This document shows, piece by piece, positions 47,799 through 57,554 of a DNA stretch of 64,000 nucleotides. Position numbers and translations under genes: made by a program. The number at the start of each line of letters is the position of its first letter. Position 1 is the stretch's first letter. The stretch covers positions 1,446,204 to 1,510,203 of the forward strand of contig OZ241329.1 of the NCBI GenBank assembly GCA_965199825.1, given 5' to 3'. Source of the DNA: Bdellovibrionales bacterium (GTDB lineage Bacteria; Bdellovibrionota; Bdellovibrionia; Bdellovibrionales; UBA1609). The notes beneath the pieces are model-generated. The model was not told the DNA's origin, made no database searches, and was given only the letters and a program-made list of their open reading frames with translations.

Positions 47799-49235
47799 TT
47801 GCAATCTTTTACAGAACTCCCATTGAGTCGTGAACTCCAAGCCTCAATCACAGAAATGGGCTACACAACACCAAGCCCAATCCAAGTCCAATCCATCCCA
47901 ATTTTATTAAAAGAACCCACCGACTTTTTGGGTTTGGCTGCAACCGGTACCGGCAAAACTGCCGCATTTGGAATTCCGCTGCTTGAACAATTGGATGCAT
48001 CAAAAAATCAAACACAAGCTCTTATTCTTTGTCCAACGCGCGAATTGGCGCTGCAAGTTTCTGGACAAATTTCTGCGCTTGGCAAACACAAAGGGATCAA
48101 AGCCCTCCCTGTTTACGGAGGCTCTGGCTACGGTGAACAGATCGCCGGAATGAAGCGTGGAGCAGCGGTGATTGTTGGAACACCTGGTCGCTTGGTGGAT
48201 CATATTGATCGAGGCACCTTAAAACTCAACAACATCCGCACCGTGATTCTTGATGAAGCCGACGAAATGATTTCGATGGGTTTTAAAAAAGACATGGATA
48301 AAATTTTAAGCCGCGTTTCAAACGCTAACACCTGGCTGTTTTCGGCAACAATGAGCACTGAAGTTCGTAAAGTTGCAGATAAATTTTTGAAAGATCCAAA
48401 ACATGTTCAAGTGAACCGTGTCGAGATGCTCTCGGCCACTGTTGAGCAAGTGTTTTATCCCGTGCGCGAAGCCAACAAACCAGAAATTGTTTGTAAGTTG
48501 ATTGATGCCGCTGAGGATTTTTATGGTCTGATTTTTTGCCAAACCAAATCAATGGTTCAAACCTTGACCCATCTTTTGACCGAGCGCGGTTACCGTGCGG
48601 ATTGTCTTCATGGCGATCGCGATCAATCTGCTCGTGAGCGAACAATGCGTTCGTTTCGTGAACACAAAGTCAATATCTTGGTCTGTACCGATGTGGCTTC
48701 ACGTGGACTTGATGTAAAAGATGTTTCGCATGTGATGAATTACTCATTGCCACGTGAACTCGATAGCTATGTTCATCGTATTGGTCGGACCGCACGCAGT
48801 GGTCAAAACGGGATTGCAATGAGTCTTGTGTCACCTTCACAACGTGAACTTGTGTTCCGTATTGAGCGAATGACAAAAAGCAAAATGCGCGAAGGAGCAA
48901 TCCCCACTCGCAAAGAGATTGGCCAAAAGAAAATCAACAAAATGTTTGAGACTTTTATGGCCCAGCCTTTTGAGCGTGCACAAACTTTATTAACTAAAGA
49001 GTGGAGCGAAGCTTTGGCAAATATGCCTGTGGATGAAATCGCCGCACGTTTTTTGACCATGTCATTTAAAGATTTGTTTATCGAAAGACCCGAAACCGAT
49101 ATCCGATCAGGTCCTGCTATTCGCACCGAAGAGCGTGCGGGTGAGGGTGGCCAAGGACGACGACCAAGCAACAATCGTCAGCGTCCAAGTTGGAGAAAGA
49201 AGACCAATTCAAGATCTTCTTATGCTCAACGCTAA
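47799..49235 (+). CDS. DEAD-box RNA helicase (DeaD/CshA-like)
   Basis: ATGTGKT, PTRELA, DEAD, SAT, HRIGRTAR. Likely TTG start after AAGGA. Confidence 0.94.
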   Translation: MQSFTELPLSRELQASITEMGYTTPSPIQVQSIPILLKEPTDFLGLAATGTGKTAAFGIPLLEQLDASKNQTQALILCPTRELALQVSGQISALGKHKGIKALPVYGGSGYGEQIAGMKRGAAVIVGTPGRLVDHIDRGTLKLNNIRTVILDEADEMISMGFKKDMDKILSRVSNANTWLFSATMSTEVRKVADKFLKDPKHVQVNRVEMLSATVEQVFYPVREANKPEIVCKLIDAAEDFYGLIFCQTKSMVQTLTHLLTERGYRADCLHGDRDQSARERTMRSFREHKVNILVCTDVASRGLDVKDVSHVMNYSLPRELDSYVHRIGRTARSGQNGIAMSLVSPSQRELVFRIERMTKSKMREGAIPTRKEIGQKKINKMFETFMAQPFERAQTLLTKEWSEALANMPVDEIAARFLTMSFKDLFIERPETDIRSGPAIRTEERAGEGGQGRRPSNNRQRPSWRKKTNSRSSYAQR

Positions 49236-49576
49236 CTGATCTTTAAACGTGAGCCGCAATTTTGGCAGCTCACTTCAATTGGAACATTGACATATTTTTT
49301 ATCGACTTTGAGAGTGTCCTGGCAATCGGGACACTTGAAATCAAATGGCGTAATCTTAAAATGCTTTTGATAACTCGAATATCCCGCCCATGGCGCAAGT
49401 AGCAGCAACAGCGGCACCAAAAAAAAATGGATCACCGGAAGTAAAATCGCAAGTGCAGCACAGACCACGACCGTGGCAAAACGAGTTGCTCCCAAAATGA
49501 TTCTTTGTTGGAGGCTCAGTGGTTCAATTTGAACTTCGAGATTCAACTCTTTTCCGGATGAACTTTCAACACGCAT
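49232..49576 (-). CDS. Small membrane protein with C-terminal zinc ribbon
   Basis: Two TM helices, CPDC and CQNC. Confidence 0.7.
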   Translation of the reverse strand: MRVESSSGKELNLEVQIEPLSLQQRIILGATRFATVVVCAALAILLPVIHFFLVPLLLLLAPWAGYSSYQKHFKITPFDFKCPDCQDTLKVDKKYVNVPIEVSCQNCGSRLKIS

Positions 49577-49709
49577 AACAATCACCTTTTTTTGACCCAG
49601 TGATGAACGATGGTAGAGGATAGCATCGGTTTGATCCGTAACGTCAAGTTTGGACATCGCTTTTGAAGGCGCGTACCGTGAGAGGCTTGGCTTGATCAGT
49701 TCTGAGGAG

Positions 49710-51689
49710 ATGACATCTGTGATTCATAACGCCCGTACCCTTGCCGAAAAGATTCGTCGCTTTCTGATCGGCAGCCCAAAGAATCTCGAAGACCGATCGA
49801 TCTTTCATCATCTCTCGCTGATTCCTTTGCTTGCATGGGTGGGGCTTGGCGCGGATGGATTGTCATCATCGTCTTATGGTCCTGCCGAGGCTTTTCAAGC
49901 TTTGGGTGAGCACACTTACATTGCTGTTGGACTTGCAGCACTGATGGCCTTTACCGTTTTTGTGATCTCTGCAGCTTACCGCCGAATCATCGAGGAATTT
50001 CCTCATGGTGGGGGTGGGTATGTGGTTGCAAGTCATTTGCTCGGTCATCATGTAGGAGTGGTGTCGGGTTGCGCACTGTTGGTCGATTATATTTTAACCA
50101 TCACAATATCTATAGCTGCAGCTGGCGACGCATTATTTAGTTTTTTACCCATGGACTTGCATGTTCTAAAAATTCCGATCGAAATTTTTTTGATTGTTGC
50201 CTTAATGATTTTGAATATTCGTGGAGTCAAAGAGTCGGTCATTGTGATGGCTCCGATCTTTATTCTTTTTTTGATCACCCATGCGATTATGATTGTTGGC
50301 GGTATTGCGGGTCACGCAAACGAGATGGATGTCACCTTTCATTCGATCACTTCTGGCTATAGCAATGGTTTATCAACCATTGGTCCGATGGCGATGTTTT
50401 TACTTTTTATTCACTCCTATTCGCTGGGTGGTGGAACGTATACAGGGATCGAAGCGGTCTCAAACGGCTTGCCGATTATGCGCGAGCCACGCGTGCAAAC
50501 AGCAAAACGCACGATGACCTACATGGCTTTTTCGCTCGCGATCACCGCGTCTGGATTGTTGCTCTGTTATCTTTTATGGCAAATTGCTCCAGCACCCGGG
50601 ATGACCTTGAATGCGGTGCTCTTACAAAAAATGACCAATGGTTTACCTTTTGGATCAACCTTTACAGTGGTGTCATTGATTGCCGAAGGATTGTTGCTGG
50701 TGGTTGCGGCTCAAGCCGGATTTATTGATGGGCCAAGAGTGCTTGCGAATATGGCTGTGGATTCTTGGTTTCCGCGTCGGTTTGCGGCTTTGTCTGAACG
50801 ACTCACCACAAGTAACGGTATCGTTCTGATGTCGTTTGCCTCACTGCTCGCTCTTTTTTATACCAAAGGTGATGTGTCCCGTTTGGTGGTGATGTACTCG
50901 ATCAACGTGTTTCTCACATTTTCATTATCGATTTTTGGAATGTTAAAATCCTATATGGGTTCGCGCAAAACAAAACCAAGATGGAAAAGTGGGATGGCCA
51001 TTTTTTCGATTGGATTTGTTTTGTGTGTGACCATCTTAATCATCACCACCCTCGAAAAATTTGAAGAGGGCGGCTGGGTCACATTGGTGGTGACAACGGC
51101 TCTTGTTCTTTTGTGTTTTTCGATCAAGCGACATTACCTTGCGGTGGCAAAAAAATTAAGACTGCTTGAAGTGACCGTAAGAGATGTTGAAACCAACGCC
51201 AATGATAAAAAAGATGTTCAACTAGATCCTCAAGGCCGTACCGCTGCCATACTTGTTGGCGGCTACGGAGGGCTTGGAGTTTATACCTTTCAAAGCATTC
51301 TCAAGATTTTCCCAAATGTTTACAAAAATTTTATTTTTATTTCTGTGGGTGTTGTGGATTCGGGCGCTTTTAAGGGTGAAGCTTCGGTAGAAGATCTAAA
51401 AGAAGACACCACACGAATGCTGCAAAAATATGTGCGAATGAGCAATGACCTTGGTTATGCCGCCACCAAAAAAATTGCGGTGGGAACTGATATTGTGCAA
51501 GAGGCTTTTGATTTGTGTCAGCAGGCCGTCGAAGAATTTCCACTCACCACTTTTTTTACCGGCAAGGTGATATTTTCTGAAGACACTTGGTTTAACCGCT
51601 TTTTACACAACGAAACTGGTTTAGCGCTCCAAAAACGACTCCAAATTTCTGGATTAACAATGGTCGTCCTGCCGGCCAAAGTGATTTAA
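49710..51689 (+). CDS. APC-family permease (KimA/YdaO-like K+ importer)
   Basis: DGLSSSSYG, GGGGY, LNIRGVKES, TGIEAVSNG and a cytoplasmic C-terminal domain. Confidence 0.85.
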   Translation: MTSVIHNARTLAEKIRRFLIGSPKNLEDRSIFHHLSLIPLLAWVGLGADGLSSSSYGPAEAFQALGEHTYIAVGLAALMAFTVFVISAAYRRIIEEFPHGGGGYVVASHLLGHHVGVVSGCALLVDYILTITISIAAAGDALFSFLPMDLHVLKIPIEIFLIVALMILNIRGVKESVIVMAPIFILFLITHAIMIVGGIAGHANEMDVTFHSITSGYSNGLSTIGPMAMFLLFIHSYSLGGGTYTGIEAVSNGLPIMREPRVQTAKRTMTYMAFSLAITASGLLLCYLLWQIAPAPGMTLNAVLLQKMTNGLPFGSTFTVVSLIAEGLLLVVAAQAGFIDGPRVLANMAVDSWFPRRFAALSERLTTSNGIVLMSFASLLALFYTKGDVSRLVVMYSINVFLTFSLSIFGMLKSYMGSRKTKPRWKSGMAIFSIGFVLCVTILIITTLEKFEEGGWVTLVVTTALVLLCFSIKRHYLAVAKKLRLLEVTVRDVETNANDKKDVQLDPQGRTAAILVGGYGGLGVYTFQSILKIFPNVYKNFIFISVGVVDSGAFKGEASVEDLKEDTTRMLQKYVRMSNDLGYAATKKIAVGTDIVQEAFDLCQQAVEEFPLTTFFTGKVIFSEDTWFNRFLHNETGLALQKRLQISGLTMVVLPAKVI

Positions 51690-52088
51690 ATGTTTCAAGG
51701 CCTTGAGCGCGAATTGCGATTTGTCGCGGTTCGTAGTCGTGGGCCTGGTGGTCAAAATGTAAATAAAGTTTCTAGTGCGGCTTTGTGCACTTGGGACTAC
51801 AAAAATTCTGCATTTCATTTTGATCGAATTCTTTTAGGCGAACGCCTCAAAAATCAAATTAATAAAGATGGCCTTGTTTATCTTCGAAGCGATGAGTTTC
51901 GTGATTTCGAACAAAACAAAAGACGCTGTATCGAAAAATTGTCGGCCATGATCGCTGCTGCTTTGCACCGCCCTAAACGCCGGATCAAAACAAAACCCAC
52001 CTTTGCCTCAAAGGTGCGAAGGCAAAACACTAAGGCTCAGCGCGGCGAAATTAAAAAATCGCGAACGAAGGTTCGGATTTCTCGCTAA
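51690..52088 (+). CDS. arfB: Alternative ribosome rescue factor B
   Basis: GPGGQNVNKVS and a basic C-tail R..TKPT. Confidence 0.92.
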   Translation: MFQGLERELRFVAVRSRGPGGQNVNKVSSAALCTWDYKNSAFHFDRILLGERLKNQINKDGLVYLRSDEFRDFEQNKRRCIEKLSAMIAAALHRPKRRIKTKPTFASKVRRQNTKAQRGEIKKSRTKVRISR

Positions 52089-52098
52089 GCTTTTAAGC

Positions 52099-53070
52099 AT
52101 GAAATTGATTGCATGCGCTCTAATTTTATTTTTGTGTTCTTGCGGTACCCAAACATTTCCGATTCCACCAAATCCAATCCTCTTGGTTGACACTCATGCC
52201 GCAGAAATTGTTTCGGGCATCTTGGGTGGAGCAATCAATGATGCGCCGACCGCAACCACATCTTTTGCCCATCGCATTTGGCAGGAGTTGACGCTTTTGC
52301 CAAAAGCTTATGGGTACTCATCGACTTGTGCGGTGGGTACGATGGCGCCCTCGGTGTTTTCGACAGGCACAATAAATTATGTTTATTCACCAGCCGTCTG
52401 CACCGATGTTTTTACCAATGGCACAACGGGGACCGCATCTTTTAGCTCAACCACTTACAATTACAACTATGCTTCAAATTGTACGGGTACCGATTTTGGT
52501 TTGAGCACTCAGCCTACGGCTTGTGTAGTCACTCGAACAACTTCGTCGCCGGTCACTCGAATGATCACTCCTCCAAGCGGAACAAGTGCAACCGTCACTC
52601 ATGACACTTTGAACCCTAGCGGATTTAGTACAAGCGTCGTCACTTCAAGTGGGGGCGAGGTGATCACTTGTGGAGCTGCGAATGTTGGCGACACCACCTG
52701 TACCACGCGATCGATTGTGGTGAATGGATCGCATGTCACATCTACTGACGGTTGGGATCACACTGTCTCAACGACAGCGCCGATTATGGTTGTTGGCAAT
52801 GCGACGACCTCGGTGGTGAATTCGGCTAGCCTCACAGTCCAAGACAACACCAATCAATATACGGTGAACTTTTCTGTTTATACGCCATTAAGTTATTCGC
52901 TTGCGAACTGTTGTTATCCAACAAGTGGTCAGCTGATTGGGGTATTTTCAGGTGGACCTTATAGTGGAAAAACAATCAACGTGAGCTTTTCGCCAAATTG
53001 TGGTGAGGTTGCGGTCGCAGTACAAGGGCCAAGTTTGCCCTCGCAAATGACTCTTACTCATTGCCTTTAA
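52099..53070 (+). CDS. Thr/Ser/Cys-rich surface lipoprotein
   Basis: Lipobox-like LCSC from ATG 52099. Beta-rich, with CCYPTSG. Confidence 0.72.
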   Translation: MKLIACALILFLCSCGTQTFPIPPNPILLVDTHAAEIVSGILGGAINDAPTATTSFAHRIWQELTLLPKAYGYSSTCAVGTMAPSVFSTGTINYVYSPAVCTDVFTNGTTGTASFSSTTYNYNYASNCTGTDFGLSTQPTACVVTRTTSSPVTRMITPPSGTSATVTHDTLNPSGFSTSVVTSSGGEVITCGAANVGDTTCTTRSIVVNGSHVTSTDGWDHTVSTTAPIMVVGNATTSVVNSASLTVQDNTNQYTVNFSVYTPLSYSLANCCYPTSGQLIGVFSGGPYSGKTINVSFSPNCGEVAVAVQGPSLPSQMTLTHCL

Positions 53071-54241
53071 GAACAGCTTTAACAACATCAAGACGGCCAT
53101 CAATGGGTTCAACCACAGGCAATTTTAGTATTTCTGCAATCAATGGATAGACATTGATATTTTCAAAGGTATCCAACTGTTTTTGTTTATTAAAGTGTGG
53201 ACCCTCGGCCATAAAAATTCCGTGCATCTGCAAATTCACATCGGGATCAAAACCATGATTGCCTTTTTTAAAAGGCTTTGGATGATCCTTGTATTGCAAT
53301 GAATAAGGCGCATTGGTCGTGACTAAGATGTCACCCACTCGTGGGGTGTTTTGGTAATGCCACTTTTGTGGGATTTCATCGTGAGCATAAACATTAAAAT
53401 GATGCGAATATTTTTTGAAAGCCTGAATCGTCTTTTGAATCTCGCTGCGTTTGCTATTTGGTTTTAAGTAGAGCAAGGCTTGGGTTGAATCACCCATCAC
53501 CATAAAGTTTTTAAGACTCACTCGCTCATCCAGATTTTCGATTGAGTCTTGAGAAATGTCAGCCATTCCATGATCCGACAAAACGATTAAATCTATACCG
53601 CGGGGTAAGTTTTTTCGAAGCTCGCCGATCAGCTGATCGATTTCGGCCACCGCATTTTTAACTTCATTCGAGGTTGGTCCATAAAGATGCGAAGCTTCAT
53701 CCACCTGAGAAAAATAAAGAGTGGTCAACTGCGGCGGATTTTTTGAACGCAGCCATTCAAGAACCTGATTCACTCGGGTTAAGCCTGGGGTCTTTGAGTT
53801 ATAGTTGATATAAGTGGAAGGCCGATGTCCTGCTATTTCGGCCTCTGATCCAGGCCAGAAATAACATGCCGAACGCTGATGATTTTGTTCTGCCAAACTC
53901 CAAAGAGGAGTTCCGCCATACCATCGTCCATCACGAATGGCGTTCACATCTGAAATTTTGAATTCTTGAGAGATACGCGGATCATAAAATTCGTTGGCAA
54001 CAATTCCGTGATGCTCAGCATAGAGGCCAGTAGCGATGGCATAATGATTGGGATAAGTTTTAGATGGAAATATGGGTTTTAAGCTCTTGGCCCTTACCCC
54101 TGAATTCGAGATCTGGTTCAGGTTCGAGGGATTATACATTTTAAGATAATCAGATCGAAAGGCATCAATAGACACAAGCAAAACAGAGGGGCGATGAGTG
54201 GCGCAACCCACACAAAGGAGTGCAAAAATTAAATATTTCAT
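53054..54241 (-). CDS. Nucleotide pyrophosphatase/phosphodiesterase family lipoprotein
   Basis: SIDAFR, FPSKTYPNHY, D...H.YGP, SDHGM, GNHGFD, lipobox CVGC. Confidence 0.92.
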   Translation of the reverse strand: MKYLIFALLCVGCATHRPSVLLVSIDAFRSDYLKMYNPSNLNQISNSGVRAKSLKPIFPSKTYPNHYAIATGLYAEHHGIVANEFYDPRISQEFKISDVNAIRDGRWYGGTPLWSLAEQNHQRSACYFWPGSEAEIAGHRPSTYINYNSKTPGLTRVNQVLEWLRSKNPPQLTTLYFSQVDEASHLYGPTSNEVKNAVAEIDQLIGELRKNLPRGIDLIVLSDHGMADISQDSIENLDERVSLKNFMVMGDSTQALLYLKPNSKRSEIQKTIQAFKKYSHHFNVYAHDEIPQKWHYQNTPRVGDILVTTNAPYSLQYKDHPKPFKKGNHGFDPDVNLQMHGIFMAEGPHFNKQKQLDTFENINVYPLIAEILKLPVVEPIDGRLDVVKAVLKGNE

Positions 54242-54355
54242 TGGCTCGCAGTAACACCCTTTGGTCTCGAAAGCATCTCTCAAGTCCAGTTGGTAGAGCG
54301 TCGAATTGACAAGATCTTACCCATCTAGCTCGAATAGAGGAGAGGGGAAAATATC

Positions 54356-56413
54356 TTGAAGTGGAAAACAATATTTTTTAGACATCCTCTTTTACTTTTA
54401 ATTTATGGGGTCTTCGCGATGACACCGAGTACGTCCACCAAAGTGGACACCGTTATAAAGCTGCCAGCAAAAATTCTTTCTCGATCCACCGATATTTATT
54501 TTAAACACCAAATTGCAAAAGTCGAAGAGCATTGCTTTCGCAAAGGTCCGGTGGCGGCTCACTTGTATTTAGATAGCAATCAAGCCCCCTATTTTTTTGT
54601 GGCCTTTCCTGCCGGAAATTCTGGTGTGGGGATGTGGTTTGACACTCCCGACAAAAATGTTTTTTTGAGTGCGGTTCGTCCTCCCCATGCGATTACACGC
54701 TCGCAACTCAACGGCATCGAAGTGGATCTCAAAAGTGGCGCGAAAAGTTTAAAAATCAAAACTGCTGTTCTTGGGAGTATGCGCTTTATTCGAGATGCTG
54801 AGTTGCAACAGCCAATCCCAAAAGTGATACAAAAAAATACGGTTGTGACAAGTGACCATGTGATTGTGATGGATCGTGAATCGCTCAATAAAATGGCGAG
54901 TTACAGATTAGAGCTTGAACTTTTAGGCGATACAAAAATGGTGCAGCACGAAGGGGCAATCGAGCTTGTGGCGCAGTCCAACATTAAATTTCGATTGCGC
55001 GCGATGACAAGTGAGCGACCGCTAACGCCACTCAAACCATCAAGTGTTTTTAAAAAACAATATCTCAGCAAGATAGATCCAAAAGAACTCCAGGCCTTTT
55101 CATTTTTGCTTTATCGCGAAAAATTTGCGGCCGGATCTCCACGATATCTGAATCAATTTGGAAGAGACTCTCTCATTACCCTTCGTGTGTTGATGGATGC
55201 CATGAAGCCAGAGGCGGTCGAAAATTTAATTTCGATGACTCTCAATGGGGCTCATCCCGTTGATGGCATGATTTCACATGAACAGCACGAAGGCGATTTT
55301 GCTTCGTTTGTTCGAAAGCAAAAACATCAAAACGTGATCGGTGTCACGAGTCCCATCGAAGATTATAAAATGATCGACGATGATTTTATTTTCACCATCG
55401 TTCTTGCCGAATACATGAAGCGCTACCCGATGCGTGTTGCCGACTTTTTGGATCGTCGAGACTCGCGCGGAATTTCACATCGACGCCTGGTTCAAAATAA
55501 TTTTCGCTATGTTCGTAAGATGACAAAGGCCTTTTTTCAAGATCCCATTTACACCAATTTGGTTCATCTCAAAGACGGTGAGACTACCGGTCAGTGGCGC
55601 GATAGTGAATATGGTTTAGGTGGAGGTTCTTATCCCTTTGACGTCAATGTGGCTTTGGTCCCTGGGGCGCTTCGAGGACTTTCAGAAATCTACGACAACG
55701 AACATCTCGAATTTTTTAGTCCAAAAACAGCCGCACTGATGGATAAGATTTTTAGAGTGTGGAATGAAAAGGCTGAGCCCTTATTTGAAGTGCGCATTCC
55801 AAAGAACACGATTCCAAATTATGGCGAAAAATATTTTGCCAACCTTCATCTTGATCCAAAAGACCTACCAGATTCTCCTGAACAAGATTTAAGATTTCCG
55901 GCGATTGCAATCAACGATGCGGGCGAAAAAATCCCGGTGATGCATTCTGATGACAGCATGATGATGACCTTTGGTTATCCATCAGAAAACTATATGCGTT
56001 CGGTCAATCAACGTGTGCAGCATCAGTTCCCCTATGGACTCAGAACTCCGGTCGGAATTTTAATTGCTAATCCAGTTTTTGCTCGACCCTTACTGCAGAG
56101 TCATTTTGATGAGCATCAATATCATGGGCGCACGAGTTGGGCGATGCAGGAGGATTTGTTGATATATGGATTTGATCGGCAGCTCGCCATTGGGCAGTGG
56201 TCCAATGAGACGATTGAAGAGATCAACCATTCGGTTCACGAAGTGGCCAAGGTGATCAAGGTGAAAGGGCATATGGGCGGGAACGAAGTGTTTTCTATTC
56301 TTCTTGTGAATGGCCGATACCTGGCTTTGCCTTTTGCTGGAAGTGCGAAATCAAATTCAAACCAATTGTGGAGTCATCTGCGGATCGCATCGCCACCGCT
56401 AGAAGATATCTAA
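54356..56413 (+). CDS. Six-hairpin glycosidase-like (glycogen-debranching-related) protein
   Basis: AFPAGNSG, AGS.R...FGRD, HE..G, DYKMIDDD, GQWRDS.YG, PFDVN, YHG..W. Confidence 0.65.
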   Translation: MKWKTIFFRHPLLLLIYGVFAMTPSTSTKVDTVIKLPAKILSRSTDIYFKHQIAKVEEHCFRKGPVAAHLYLDSNQAPYFFVAFPAGNSGVGMWFDTPDKNVFLSAVRPPHAITRSQLNGIEVDLKSGAKSLKIKTAVLGSMRFIRDAELQQPIPKVIQKNTVVTSDHVIVMDRESLNKMASYRLELELLGDTKMVQHEGAIELVAQSNIKFRLRAMTSERPLTPLKPSSVFKKQYLSKIDPKELQAFSFLLYREKFAAGSPRYLNQFGRDSLITLRVLMDAMKPEAVENLISMTLNGAHPVDGMISHEQHEGDFASFVRKQKHQNVIGVTSPIEDYKMIDDDFIFTIVLAEYMKRYPMRVADFLDRRDSRGISHRRLVQNNFRYVRKMTKAFFQDPIYTNLVHLKDGETTGQWRDSEYGLGGGSYPFDVNVALVPGALRGLSEIYDNEHLEFFSPKTAALMDKIFRVWNEKAEPLFEVRIPKNTIPNYGEKYFANLHLDPKDLPDSPEQDLRFPAIAINDAGEKIPVMHSDDSMMMTFGYPSENYMRSVNQRVQHQFPYGLRTPVGILIANPVFARPLLQSHFDEHQYHGRTSWAMQEDLLIYGFDRQLAIGQWSNETIEEINHSVHEVAKVIKVKGHMGGNEVFSILLVNGRYLALPFAGSAKSNSNQLWSHLRIASPPLEDI

Positions 56414-56770
56414 TCAAAATTGGTGGGGTTGCTCACCGAATCCAAATTCATAAGATGCATAAACAAATTCTGTTTCTTCACTGAGCAGCTCAACTAATTT
56501 TTTAAGTTCTCCACGAACCAAAATATAACTGCGCTGGCCATCGCTCAGTGAACGCATAAAATTTAAGTTAGAATTTTGGGCAAAAACTTCCCCATCAACA
56601 AGATGATCGAAGTGGAGCCACACTCCAATGAAGGGAGGATGAGTCTCAAGAGCATCGAGCAATCCAACTGAAATCCGTGAGTGTGAGATGTGTTTGTTAA
56701 GTATCGACAAACACCCAGGCTGTGGGGTTGAGGCAAAGGCAAAAGAAATAAGTAAAATCAAGATGGCCAT
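56414..56770 (-). CDS. Small hypothetical secreted protein
   Basis: Signal peptide ending FAFA, then CLSIL. AGGA RBS. Confidence 0.6.
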   Translation of the reverse strand: MAILILLISFAFASTPQPGCLSILNKHISHSRISVGLLDALETHPPFIGVWLHFDHLVDGEVFAQNSNLNFMRSLSDGQRSYILVRGELKKLVELLSEETEFVYASYEFGFGEQPHQF

Positions 56771-56780
56771 TGAGTCCTTT

Positions 56781-57506
56781 TTAGTATTTTAACGAAAATC
56801 CGGTAAAGTAAGTGATATCGGTTCCGACAATATCCATCGGCGGCACGCTATCGTAGTTCAGATTAAATTGCATTTCGGCCGAGAGGCGTTCGGTTAAACT
56901 AAATAATAGTCCACATGACAAGAGAAACCTGACATCATTCAAAAATTGCAGCGACGGCTGAAGATAGGTGCTCGCATAGGCAGAAGCCCGATCATTAAAT
57001 CCCACTACATAAGATAAATAAAGATTGCCGCGAAAACCACTTCGCGAAGCTTCCATGTTAAAGGTGGCAAGTTCGTAAAAGAGACCAGTTCCTAAATAAA
57101 GAGTGTTTGTACCTTGGTTCAGAAGACGATAACGAAGGTTGGACCCAAAAATATTTCGCCATTTAAGATCTCTAAATTCGTCAAACTCGGATTGAGTAAA
57201 TAATTCGACTGTGGTGGGCTTATCGGCTTTAAAGGTGTATCGGATGTGAATTCGCCCATTATTTGTGTCCTTTACATTTTGGGTGAGCGAATAGACATAG
57301 TCTGCTAGAAACAATATTTCGTCTTCGGGATAGCGATAAATATTAAGAGTGGTGATGTTGTTTGCCAACTTATTGGTGTTTCCGCGCTGACCCGAAAATT
57401 TGGCGGAGGATTTTCCGATGAATCCCTTTCCAGATTCTCTACGAATTTGTTCGATGTTGATAAAGCCAAATGACGGCGCCATCAATAGAAGAAATAAAAT
57501 TGGCAT
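56781..57506 (-). CDS. DUF481 outer-membrane beta-barrel protein
   Basis: INIE, GNT, EFDEF..L..R, YDS.PP and an aromatic terminal strand. Confidence 0.8.
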   Translation of the reverse strand: MPILFLLLMAPSFGFINIEQIRRESGKGFIGKSSAKFSGQRGNTNKLANNITTLNIYRYPEDEILFLADYVYSLTQNVKDTNNGRIHIRYTFKADKPTTVELFTQSEFDEFRDLKWRNIFGSNLRYRLLNQGTNTLYLGTGLFYELATFNMEASRSGFRGNLYLSYVVGFNDRASAYASTYLQPSLQFLNDVRFLLSCGLLFSLTERLSAEMQFNLNYDSVPPMDIVGTDITYFTGFSLKY

Positions 57507-57515
57507 GAGCCGAGC
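57501..57515 (+). promoter_or_regulatory. Possible sigma54 promoter for the symporter gene
   Basis: TGGCATGAGCCGAGC(A): strong -24 element, weak -12 element, exact spacing. Confidence 0.4.
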
Positions 57516-57554
57516 ACATTGACGGATTTAAAAACAACATGCAAGGGTTGTCTG

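Noticed and set aside
49577-49709. c-di-AMP (ydaO) riboswitch upstream of the KimA-like gene
   Set aside because: I could not find the conserved riboswitch elements, and the region is short and shared with a divergent gene.
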